NCBI GenBank assembly: GCA_038230375.1
Contig: JBBRNJ010000044.1
Span: forward strand, 9,157 to 73,156
Length of the DNA stretch: 64,000 bases
DNA from: Polyangiales bacterium
GTDB taxonomy: Bacteria > Myxococcota_A > Polyangia > Polyangiales > Polyangiaceae
Direction: 5' to 3'
The notes beneath the pieces were generated by a model that saw only the letters and a program-made list of their open reading frames with translations, did not search any database and had not been told where the DNA came from. The stretch's first letter is position 1. Each line of letters opens with the position of its first letter. Positions 18,143 through 26,867 of this stretch are shown piece after piece. The translations under genes were made by a program, and so were the position numbers.

Positions 18143-20314
18143 CTACGGTGGTCCGGAGACCTGGTCCCAGCGGAGCCCGAGGATGATCTGCCGGAAGCCG
18201 CCCGCGTGGATGCCCTCTGGCATGCGCTCCGCCACGTAGATGTCGTTCGTGAAGCTCTTTGCGGACAGCTTCAGCGTGAGGCCGCTGCGCGTGTGCTTGT
18301 ACCGCGCCGACAGATCGAACACGTGGCGCGCGCCGATCACGCCGGTGCGTCCCGTCACGTCCTCGGCGCGTGTGTCGTTCGGGTCCGTGAACTCTTCGCT
18401 CTGATAGAACCATCCGAGCTCACCGCCGATGTTGCCCGGTCCGAGCGCGTGCCCGGCCGCCAGCGTGGTGACCAGCACGGCGGATGGTGAGTACGGCAGG
18501 ATGTTCCCCTTGTACGTTCCCTGCGCGAACACGGCGCGCGCGAAGGTGAAGCGCTCGCCGAGCTCCAGCGCCGTTCCGCCGAGGCTCAGCAGATTGCCGA
18601 GGTCCAGGCGCGCCTCGCCTTCGACGCCGTAGTGTCTGGTCGCGCCCGCGTTGAAGAGCGCGAGCGACGACGCGCCACCAACCGCGCCGGTCTGGACGTT
18701 CTGGGCGCTGAAGTCGAGCAGGAAGCCCGAGAGCTCCGCGTGGAACTTCTTTCGCTTGGTGAACCGCGCCCCGATCTCGTAGTTGATGCTCTTCTCGGAG
18801 TCCAGCTGACCCACGGCGCCGCCCTTGGGGTTGATCGGCGTGGTGATGCGCGGAGGCGCATAGCCCACGAACATGCCCCCGAATGCGTGGAGCTCCGGCG
18901 TTCCAGCCGTCATGCCCACGCCTGGGATCAGTCCGCCCGCGGTGCCGTTGCTCGGGACGTTCACGTTGGTCGTCCCCGTGGCGCCTGGCTGCCGCAAGAG
19001 GGTGCTCTGAAGGTCCGCGTACTCGTAGCGGATGCCCGGCGTGACCAGGAGCCAGTCGCGAAACTTCAGTCGGTCCTGCGCATACGCGGCGAACGCGTAG
19101 GTGTGATGCTCGAACTCGTAGTCGAGGGTGCCCGTCTGCGCCGAAGGCGTGTCTCCCGAGAGCTGCCGGTAGTGCGCGGTCTCCGTGAGCACGCGCGTGC
19201 CCACGTCGAGCGTGTGACCGACGTCGCCGGTCTCGCCGCGTGTCTGCAGCTTGGGCTCGATCGCCGCCACGTCGTAGTTGCGATCGAGGATCGTGTTGGT
19301 GGACCGGAAATAGATCCCGCCGTTCGGGAACGCGGTGTCGCCAGCCACGTGGTCGTAGCTCACGCCTGGGACGTTCGCGCGGTCGTAGTCCTCGCGGTTC
19401 CAGATTCGCTTCGTCTCGTACGCGTAGAGAAGCGTCTTGAGGACGGTCCTGCTGCCGATCCGCTGCTCGTGCGTGAGCGACGCGTCGTAGCGTTGCTGGT
19501 CGATGTGGTCGGCGGGGGCCAGCGTGCCTTGCTCGCGGTTTGCCTTGAACATCTCGCGCGTGAGGCCGACGTCGTCGGAGCGCGTCGCGTCATCGTGGAA
19601 GGCCAGCTTGACCGTTGCCTCGCCGTTCGCGCCGGTCTCGAAGGCCACCTTGCCCATCACGTCCGTGGTGTTGAAGCTCTCGTCGCGAAAGCCGTCGCCC
19701 TTGGTGTGGAACGCCTGCACGATGTAGCGCGCGGAGCCGACGCTGTCCCCATGCAGCGCGAGAACCTTCAGGAAGCCACGCTGACCTCCGTCGAGCTCGA
19801 CGGCGCTCATCTCCGAAGAAGGAGGCGCGAGCGTGAGGAAGTTCACCACGCCACCGATGGTCTGTGGGCCGAACAGCACGCTGCCTGAGCCCTTCACCAC
19901 CTCGATGCCGCGCATCCGCTCGATCTGCGGCATCGTGTACATGTCCGCCTCCGAGTACGGATTGATCGCCATCGGGATCCCGTCCTCGAGGATGAGGACA
20001 TTGCGTGCGCGCCCCGGGTCCAGACCGTGCACGCCAAGGTCCAGGCGCAGACCGCCGCCCTGTTGCTCGGACACGTTGAACCCGGGTACGCGTCGGAGCA
20101 TCTCGGCGGCGTTCTGCGGCTGCGCGCGCTCGATCTCCTTGTGCGTGATGAGCGTGCCTGAGCCCGGGATCTTCTGGAGCGAGTCGGCCTTGTCTCCGAT
20201 GACGCGGACCTCTGGCGTCTCTTCCTTCTTGGGCGCAGGCGCAGGATCCTGCGCGAGCGCGCGCGTCGCCACGAGCAGCACGCTCGCTGGGAGCAAGACG
20301 GCGATACGCTTCAT
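18143..20314 (-). CDS. TonB-dependent receptor (FecA-like)
   Basis: TonB-box-like EVRVIG, plug (LRRVPG, IEVVKGSGSVLFG...GGVVN) and beta-barrel; ATGA overlap with the upstream gene. Confidence 0.92.
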   Translation of the reverse strand: MKRIAVLLPASVLLVATRALAQDPAPAPKKEETPEVRVIGDKADSLQKIPGSGTLITHKEIERAQPQNAAEMLRRVPGFNVSEQQGGGLRLDLGVHGLDPGRARNVLILEDGIPMAINPYSEADMYTMPQIERMRGIEVVKGSGSVLFGPQTIGGVVNFLTLAPPSSEMSAVELDGGQRGFLKVLALHGDSVGSARYIVQAFHTKGDGFRDESFNTTDVMGKVAFETGANGEATVKLAFHDDATRSDDVGLTREMFKANREQGTLAPADHIDQQRYDASLTHEQRIGSRTVLKTLLYAYETKRIWNREDYDRANVPGVSYDHVAGDTAFPNGGIYFRSTNTILDRNYDVAAIEPKLQTRGETGDVGHTLDVGTRVLTETAHYRQLSGDTPSAQTGTLDYEFEHHTYAFAAYAQDRLKFRDWLLVTPGIRYEYADLQSTLLRQPGATGTTNVNVPSNGTAGGLIPGVGMTAGTPELHAFGGMFVGYAPPRITTPINPKGGAVGQLDSEKSINYEIGARFTKRKKFHAELSGFLLDFSAQNVQTGAVGGASSLALFNAGATRHYGVEGEARLDLGNLLSLGGTALELGERFTFARAVFAQGTYKGNILPYSPSAVLVTTLAAGHALGPGNIGGELGWFYQSEEFTDPNDTRAEDVTGRTGVIGARHVFDLSARYKHTRSGLTLKLSAKSFTNDIYVAERMPEGIHAGGFRQIILGLRWDQVSGPP

Positions 20315-20784
20315 GGTGTGTTGCACACCATGGACATGGGACTGCATTTGGTGGACGGCGGCGGACAGTCGGAGGTCTGCGTGCAGTGCTTCGTGCAACG
20401 CACGCCCTTCGCGCCATAGTCGTGGCAGACACCGTCGGCGCACTGGCTCGCGTCGGTGCATGGGCACGAGAGCGGCAGGTTTGTCATCCCTACACACAAC
20501 CCTGCATCCGTCGTCGAGGCATCGGGGCTCGCGTCCGCGCTCGCGGCATCGCTCACCGCGGCGTCGGAATTAGACGCGCCACCGTCCGCCGTGCAATCAC
20601 ACGGGCCATACGCGCCGCCGAGCGAGTCGCATGTCTGCACACCCACGTGACCGTCGGCACAACTGCACGGCAACGGATCGCCCGGCGAGCACGCGCGCCC
20701 GTCGGGCGTACACGCGCCAGACGCGGAGACCACGATGGTGATCAGGATCGCCATCGACGCGACCCCTTTCACGCTCGCCTGCAT
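20311..20784 (-). CDS. Small Cys-rich lipoprotein
   Basis: SGAC lipobox, DA-rich linker, C-terminal Cys domain (CTKHC). Confidence 0.8.
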   Translation of the reverse strand: MQASVKGVASMAILITIVVSASGACTPDGRACSPGDPLPCSCADGHVGVQTCDSLGGAYGPCDCTADGGASNSDAAVSDAASADASPDASTTDAGLCVGMTNLPLSCPCTDASQCADGVCHDYGAKGVRCTKHCTQTSDCPPPSTKCSPMSMVCNTP

Positions 20785-20860
20785 TCTCAAGGTCGGGGCT
20801 CCGTCGCGTGAGATTGAAACGATCGCTGCACGCAGAACAGGCTACATGGTTTGGGTGGGA

Positions 20861-21304
20861 CTACGGAATTTGGCAATACAGCTTCGGCGTGCACTTGCCG
20901 CTGAAGACCGCGCCCGCGTCCGTGCACTCGGGTGCTGGATTCTGACCGCCCATGGCGCACGGCTTCGTGCAGAAGTCACCCATGCCCAGCGTCATGGAGT
21001 TGGGGAACGTCTCACAGAGTCCGCCCGTCGCGCAGCTTCCCTGCGTGCCTGATCCGTTGCACGGATCGCCGGGGCCTCCATTCGCGGGGACACTGGCTGC
21101 GTCGCCGCCGCCGCCAGAATCGGTGCCCATGTTGCCGCCACCAGAGTCGGTCGAGGCGTCGGTATCGCCACCTAGACCGCCAGCGTCGACCTTAGAGGGG
21201 TTTGTCGTGGTCGTGGAGCTGGAGCTACATGCGACGAGCGCGCCGAAAGAGAGGCAGAGGACACCGCCAACGAGCATGAACGAACGAAGCATTTCTTGTT
21301 TCAT
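20861..21304 (-). CDS. Small Cys-rich lipoprotein
   Basis: GGAGG RBS, LVAC lipobox, C-terminal Cys domain (CTKPC). Confidence 0.8.
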   Translation of the reverse strand: MKQEMLRSFMLVGGVLCLSFGALVACSSSSTTTTNPSKVDAGGLGGDTDASTDSGGGNMGTDSGGGGDAASVPANGGPGDPCNGSGTQGSCATGGLCETFPNSMTLGMGDFCTKPCAMGGQNPAPECTDAGAVFSGKCTPKLYCQIP

Positions 21305-21382
21305 GGTCCTCCAATGGTCGTTGATCTTGGCTCGGAGCGGAAGTTTTGGGGACCGGGACGAAAGAATGTAACATTTTGTTTG

Positions 21383-22630
21383 ATGCATGTTGCATGTCGG
21401 ACCCTCTTCACCGCCGCGGTGCTCACGCTCGTCGGCCTCGCTTCGGCATGCAGCGGCAAGAAGCACCCCGCTGTCACGGGTGACTTCGCATCCGAAGACG
21501 CGGGCCCCGACGTCCAGTGCGGCCTGCTCGGATGCAACGCGCCGCCGCCCGAGCCGCCGACCATGCCGATCCACATCGGCAACCCGTGCGACGCCGATCC
21601 CGTGGTGGTCGTGGACGCGGGCGCTCCAGACGCGGGCAACGCCGACGCCGGCGATCCGGATGCGGGCGATCCGGATGGGGGCGAAGCGGGCGCGCCTGAA
21701 GCTGGCACCGTTGGCGTGGACGCCGGTCCGCCGCCCTTGGTCGACGCGGACCCCGTGAAGTTCGCGAAGTCGATCGGCCTCTGCACGCGCGCAGACAAGG
21801 ATGGGTACGGACTGGTGAGCGCGTCGTTCCAGAAGGGGTTCGGCGTGCCCATGGCGCCACCGAATGGACAGTCGGGCACGCTGAAGAAGTTCGGCGCCGT
21901 CATCAAGCCGCGCGAGGGCGAGAAGCTAGGCGTGCTCTCCACCGGCTACGCGCGCGAGTACGACACGCCCGACGGCGCGCCGGGCACCGACTTCGTGCAG
22001 TCTGCAAACATCGCAATGTCGCCGACTGGAACGGCCCCACCCGGCTTCCCGAAGGCCGCGGACAACTGCCCCCAGAGCAACGCCGTGAACGACATGATCA
22101 ACGTCCATCTGGTGCTCAAGGCCCCGTCCGACGCAGCCGGCTTCCAGTTCGACTTCAATTTCTACACGAGTGAATGGCCGGAGTACGTGTGCTCGCCCTT
22201 CAACGACGCATTCGTCGCGTACATCACGTCAAAGGGCAAGACGGACAACATCTCGTTCGACTCCAGGGGCAACCCCGTCAGCGTCAACAACGGCTTCTTC
22301 GATCGGTGCACGGCGGGCGTGATCACGGGTTGCTCGGGCGGCAACATGACGACATCCGACCCGTCGGCGTGCGCGGCCGGGACGTCGGAGCTCTCGGGCA
22401 CCGGCTACTCCGGCCTGATCCAGACACGATGCATGCCGGCACAGTCCGCCACGGATGGCGGCGCCACCGGATGGCTGACAACGCACACGGCCGTCGCGCC
22501 CGGCGAGACGTTCACCCTGGACCTCATGATCTGGAATGCGGGGGATACCGCGCTGGACTCCAGTGTCCTCATCGACAACTGGAAGTGGTTGGGTGGGACC
22601 GTGACCACAGGGACCACGCGCGTGAAGTGA
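21383..22630 (+). CDS. Choice-of-anchor-L-like surface lipoprotein (paralog 1)
   Basis: ASAC lipobox; LSTG, FDFNFYTSEWPEYVCSPFNDAF and GDTALDSSVLID. Confidence 0.8.
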   Translation: MHVACRTLFTAAVLTLVGLASACSGKKHPAVTGDFASEDAGPDVQCGLLGCNAPPPEPPTMPIHIGNPCDADPVVVVDAGAPDAGNADAGDPDAGDPDGGEAGAPEAGTVGVDAGPPPLVDADPVKFAKSIGLCTRADKDGYGLVSASFQKGFGVPMAPPNGQSGTLKKFGAVIKPREGEKLGVLSTGYAREYDTPDGAPGTDFVQSANIAMSPTGTAPPGFPKAADNCPQSNAVNDMINVHLVLKAPSDAAGFQFDFNFYTSEWPEYVCSPFNDAFVAYITSKGKTDNISFDSRGNPVSVNNGFFDRCTAGVITGCSGGNMTTSDPSACAAGTSELSGTGYSGLIQTRCMPAQSATDGGATGWLTTHTAVAPGETFTLDLMIWNAGDTALDSSVLIDNWKWLGGTVTTGTTRVK

Positions 22631-22634
22631 TCAG

Positions 22635-24944
22635 TCAGTCCGTGCCGGCGTCCACTGGCGCGCCGGGGCACGTTGTTGTGGAAGTGATCCACGCGTCGAT
22701 CACGGCGATGCCCTGCGTGTGCGCGACGCGTGAGCCCAGCGGTGGCATGCGATTCCCATCCACCGCCTTCATGCGCAGCGAGATGAGCGACTTGGTCGGG
22801 TCTGCAGGCACGAACAGCTTCGCGCCGGCGACCCCAAGGTCACCCTCGGTCGGGTCCGCGTTGCAGATGTTCGCGTCGTAGTCCGACGTGGTGAACAGGA
22901 AGTTCTGCGGCCCCTGCCCGCCACCCATGGGCCGGTGGCACTGCGAGCAGTTCGAGTGCAGGTAGCTGCGCGCGCGGTCGCGGGCGGACCCGTTGCCGAA
23001 CGGATCGGACAGCTTGTCCGTGAGCTTCGTGGGGTCGCCGATGCTCTTGTCCAGCACGCCAATGTGGTCGAGCGTCGCGAGCTCGTTCGAGAGGCGATTG
23101 GTTGCAGCATACACGTAATCGCGATTCAGCTGTCGCAGCTCGGGTCCGAGCGTGCGGCCCGCGGCCGGCGTGTGGCACGAGAGGCACTCGATACGGCTGG
23201 GGTACGTCCACGTCTGCGTAGCCACGGCCTTGGATTTGCTGGCCGGGAGCAACGTCGCGTCGCTCTCGTCGTCGGCCCACTCGTAGCTGTAGCCGTTCCA
23301 GTCGCCGGCCTTGTCGCGCATGAGCAGGCGCGTCTCTATCCGCTTCCCGCCCAGGCTGAACTGCTTCATGAGCACGGAGCCGATCGGGAAGTCGAAGTCG
23401 CCGTCGGGCTTCACGGTGATCTTCGTTCCATCGGGGATGGCGAACCAGCGGCCCTTGTCCGCGCCGTCGGACCAGAGCGGCGCGATCACGTCGTACGGGA
23501 TGAGGCCGGGCGCCGGGTTCTTCGGGTTCGCCTTGTCCACGCAGCCCGTGAGCGACAGCTTCTTCGGGAACGTGTCGGGCGGCGCGACACCCGCGCGCGT
23601 GACCTTGTAGATGCGACCGTTGCCGTAGCCCACGACATACAGCTCGCCGTCGTTGCCCTGACCGAACGACGACACGCTGGTCGGCGCTGTCACGAGCGGG
23701 TTCATGGAGGCGACGTTGTTCGCGTCGTAGATGATGGACCAGAGGTGGCCGCTCGCGTAGTCGGCGAAGATGTACGTGCCGACGAGCTCCGGGATCGCCG
23801 TGCCGCGATAGACGTAGCCACCGGTGATCGACTTGTCGCCGTTCTGGTGCGGGTACGTGACAATGGGGTCCGCGTACTTCGGACATGGGTCCGCCTTGCT
23901 GGGCGTGCACACGAAGCCTTCGCGCGGGCTCCAGCCGTAGTTGCCACCCAGCTTGACCTTGTCGATCTCCTCCCACGTGTCCTGCCCCACGTCGCCGACC
24001 CACAGATCGCCGGACGCCTTGTCAAAGCTCCAGCGCCACGGGTTGCGCAGGCCGTAGGCGTAGATCTCCGGCTTGCCGCCGCCCTTCGCGAAGGGGTTGT
24101 CCGACGGGATCGTATACGCGCCGGTGGGGCCCGCGCCGATGCGGAGCATCTTGGCGAGCAGCGTGTTCGTGTTCTGTCCGTTGCCCTGCGGATCGTAGCC
24201 GCTGCCGCCGTCACCAAAGCCGATGTACAGGAAGCCGTCCGGCCCGAACTGCATGTTGCCGCCGTTGTGGTTGTCGAACGGCTGCGCCACGTTCAGGAAA
24301 TTCTTCTCCTCCGTCGCCAGGTCGAGCGTGGCGTTCGCGTCGGAGCTCTTGATGCGGCTGATGATCGACGTGGAGACGCTGGTGCCGTTGCCGATCGTGT
24401 ACGAGAGGAACGCCGTGTGGTTCAGCGCCCAGTCGGGGTGGAACGCCATGTTGAGGAGGCCGCCCTCTCCCGCGCTGCCGATCGTGACGGTCCCCGCCGG
24501 GAGCTGCACGAACTGCGTCGTGGTGGCAACGTTCGGATCGTTCGCGAACGTGAGGATCGTGGCAACGGCGTTCTTGCCGCCCTGTTGCACCACGAAGAAG
24601 CGCGTGTTGTCGCCCGGCGCTTGCAAGATGAGCACGGGCTTGTCGAACGCGGGCAACATGGGGAAGGCGTCCGTAAGCGCGATCGCGCCTGCTTGCGGAG
24701 GCGGCTCCTGCGCGAGGCATGTGGTGTTGGTGGGCCGCGCGTCAATGCCGTAGGGCGAGGGCTTCGGTCCAGCGTCGCCACCGCCGCCACCGTCGGACGC
24801 ACTGCCGTCGGTGAGGCCGCCGCCTTCGGTGCCGCCGTCGTTGCCGTTGGCGGAGTTGCTGGAGTCGTCTCCGCCGCAGGCGATCACGAGGGCGAGCGCG
24901 CAGGGGACGGCGAGACGCATGCGGAGGGCTTTACGCGAAGGCAT
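22635..24944 (-). CDS. Lipoprotein: glucose/sorbosone (PQQ-type) dehydrogenase propeller fused to a diheme cytochrome c
   Basis: VIAC lipobox; NHNGG, GDGG, GLRNPWR and GDVG; PLWSDGADK, CLSCH, CSQCH and MPP. Confidence 0.9.
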   Translation of the reverse strand: MPSRKALRMRLAVPCALALVIACGGDDSSNSANGNDGGTEGGGLTDGSASDGGGGGDAGPKPSPYGIDARPTNTTCLAQEPPPQAGAIALTDAFPMLPAFDKPVLILQAPGDNTRFFVVQQGGKNAVATILTFANDPNVATTTQFVQLPAGTVTIGSAGEGGLLNMAFHPDWALNHTAFLSYTIGNGTSVSTSIISRIKSSDANATLDLATEEKNFLNVAQPFDNHNGGNMQFGPDGFLYIGFGDGGSGYDPQGNGQNTNTLLAKMLRIGAGPTGAYTIPSDNPFAKGGGKPEIYAYGLRNPWRWSFDKASGDLWVGDVGQDTWEEIDKVKLGGNYGWSPREGFVCTPSKADPCPKYADPIVTYPHQNGDKSITGGYVYRGTAIPELVGTYIFADYASGHLWSIIYDANNVASMNPLVTAPTSVSSFGQGNDGELYVVGYGNGRIYKVTRAGVAPPDTFPKKLSLTGCVDKANPKNPAPGLIPYDVIAPLWSDGADKGRWFAIPDGTKITVKPDGDFDFPIGSVLMKQFSLGGKRIETRLLMRDKAGDWNGYSYEWADDESDATLLPASKSKAVATQTWTYPSRIECLSCHTPAAGRTLGPELRQLNRDYVYAATNRLSNELATLDHIGVLDKSIGDPTKLTDKLSDPFGNGSARDRARSYLHSNCSQCHRPMGGGQGPQNFLFTTSDYDANICNADPTEGDLGVAGAKLFVPADPTKSLISLRMKAVDGNRMPPLGSRVAHTQGIAVIDAWITSTTTCPGAPVDAGTD

Positions 24945-25007
24945 CCGTCCATCGTACCGTTGCAGTCCACGATTGTCGTCTTCCCCTGGAGACGCTAATC
25001 CAGAGAC

Positions 25008-25967
25008 ATGTCGGACACGCCCCTTCGCACGTTCTATCCGGAGATCGAGCCCTTCCGCACTGGACGCCTCAAGGTGTCGGAGGTCCACGAGATCTACTGG
25101 GAGGAGTCTGGCAATCCGGAGGGCAAGCCCGTGGTGTTCCTGCACGGCGGCCCTGGCGGCGGCACCGAGCCGAAGCACCGTCGCTTCTTCGATCCCAAGG
25201 CGTACCGCATCGTGCTGCTCGATCAGCGCGGCTGCGGCAAGAGCACGCCGTACGCGTCGCTCGAGGCGAACACCACGTGGGATCTCGTCGCCGACATCGA
25301 GAAGGTGCGCGCGGAGCTCAAGATCGAGAAATGGCAGGTCTTCGGCGGATCCTGGGGCTCCACGCTGGCGCTCGCGTATGCGGAGACGCACCCCACGCGC
25401 GTGACCGAGCTCGTGCTGCGCGGGATCTTCCTGCTCCGCAAGAGCGAGATCGACTGGTTCTACCAGCGCGGCGCCGACGCCCTGTTCCCCGACGCATGGG
25501 AGGGCTACCTGGCGCCCATCCCGGAGGCGGAGCGCGGCGACATGTTGCATGCATACTACAAGCGTCTCACCGGCGACGACGTGAAGGTCCGTCAGGAAGC
25601 CGCGCGCGCCTGGAGCGTGTGGGAGGGCAGCACGAGCTGCCTCTACCCGAACGCGGATCTCATCGCGCGCACCGGCGGGGACGACTTCTCGCTCGCGTTC
25701 GCCCGCATCGAGGCGCACTACTTCGTGAACAACGGCTGGCTCGACAAGAACCAGGGCCTGCTCGAGAACATCGAGAAGATCCGCAAGATCCCCGGCGTGA
25801 TCGTCCAGGGTCGCTACGACGTGGTGTGCCCCGCGGAGAGCGCCTGGGCGCTCCACCGCGCGTGGCCCGAGGCAGACCTACGCATCGTGCGCGACGCCGG
25901 ACACTCCGCGATGGAGCCCGGCATCGTGAACGAGCTAGTCACGGCGACCGACAAGTTCCGCGGCTAG
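25008..25967 (+). CDS. pip: Prolyl aminopeptidase
   Basis: HGGPGGG, DQRGCG, GGSWG, GRYD and AGH. Confidence 0.95.
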   Translation: MSDTPLRTFYPEIEPFRTGRLKVSEVHEIYWEESGNPEGKPVVFLHGGPGGGTEPKHRRFFDPKAYRIVLLDQRGCGKSTPYASLEANTTWDLVADIEKVRAELKIEKWQVFGGSWGSTLALAYAETHPTRVTELVLRGIFLLRKSEIDWFYQRGADALFPDAWEGYLAPIPEAERGDMLHAYYKRLTGDDVKVRQEAARAWSVWEGSTSCLYPNADLIARTGGDDFSLAFARIEAHYFVNNGWLDKNQGLLENIEKIRKIPGVIVQGRYDVVCPAESAWALHRAWPEADLRIVRDAGHSAMEPGIVNELVTATDKFRG

Positions 25968-25995
25968 GGCGGTCGGTCGCGGTGTTGGGCGCCGC

Positions 25996-26766
25996 CTATC
26001 TGGCGCGAACGACGACGTTGTCGAGGAAGGCTTCGAAGACCGCGGCTGCGGGAGCGTCAAGGCCGGCCTCCAGTGAGTACCGGAGCGGACCGTTCGGCGT
26101 GGCGTTGATCGTGACGGACTTCGCGGAGCGGTCGTCCAGTGTGACCTGCGCGAACACGCCACCGCCGGCAGCGGGTGCGAGCTCCGCGGTCAGGTGGAAG
26201 AAGCCCGTGGGCGCGGGCCCGAGCGACACGCGACCTACGTCGCCATCCTGTTCACTGTGCGCGACCAGGAAGAGTTCACCCGACGACTTCACGTAGTGGA
26301 CGAAGAAGGCGCCGATCGCTGCGTCCTTGTCCATCACCGGCAGACGCAGGAGCGAGCTTGATTCCGCGCCGACCGCGTCGACGCTGTCGGCGGGCACCAC
26401 CATGACGTCCGCGTCGACCTGGATCTTGGCGACCGCGAACGGGACCTTGGAGAGCAGGAGCGCGGCCGCGGCTTCGTTGCCGGACACCGTACGCATGTGG
26501 AGCGAGTAGGGCGCGCTGACGGAGCGCACCTGCGAGGGCGTGACCGTACCGCCGCCGAATCCCACCGCCGACAGCGTGGAGACGGAGCCGTCGTCGAAGT
26601 CCGCGCACAGGAGGACGTCGGGACCTGCGCCCTTGCACGGGGACGTCGCGGCCTGGGTTGCCTGGGTTGCCTGCGCGCTGGGAGCAGGCGCGGGAGAGTC
26701 GCCCTCCGCGCATCCAAGGAGGAGAGTCACCGCCGCCACCGTGACGACCCATTTCGAAGCTCGCAT
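25996..26766 (-). CDS. Lipoprotein, beta-sandwich-like
   Basis: LLGC lipobox; CADFDDG...LDNV pattern. Confidence 0.75.
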   Translation of the reverse strand: MRASKWVVTVAAVTLLLGCAEGDSPAPAPSAQATQATQAATSPCKGAGPDVLLCADFDDGSVSTLSAVGFGGGTVTPSQVRSVSAPYSLHMRTVSGNEAAAALLLSKVPFAVAKIQVDADVMVVPADSVDAVGAESSSLLRLPVMDKDAAIGAFFVHYVKSSGELFLVAHSEQDGDVGRVSLGPAPTGFFHLTAELAPAAGGGVFAQVTLDDRSAKSVTINATPNGPLRYSLEAGLDAPAAAVFEAFLDNVVVRAR

Positions 26767-26867
26767 GCGACCCCCTTCGGAGATTCGAGCGTACGCGTCG
26801 CTGGAGCGTCACTCAAGCTTTACCCCGGGAACCACGCGGGGTAGTACCGGGTGGGACGGTTCCTGCC

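Noticed and set aside
20808..20831. Fur-box-like TGAGATTGAAACGATCGCTGCA upstream of the receptor operon
   Set aside because: Only a weak, imperfect palindrome; insufficient support
22935..24998. Long antisense/shadow ORFs (also 5556-7121, 26820-28622, 44264-45934, 49405-51174, 61213-62772)
   Set aside because: They overlap motif-supported genes on the opposite strand, are Arg/Ala-rich without motifs, and are expected from high-GC codon bias
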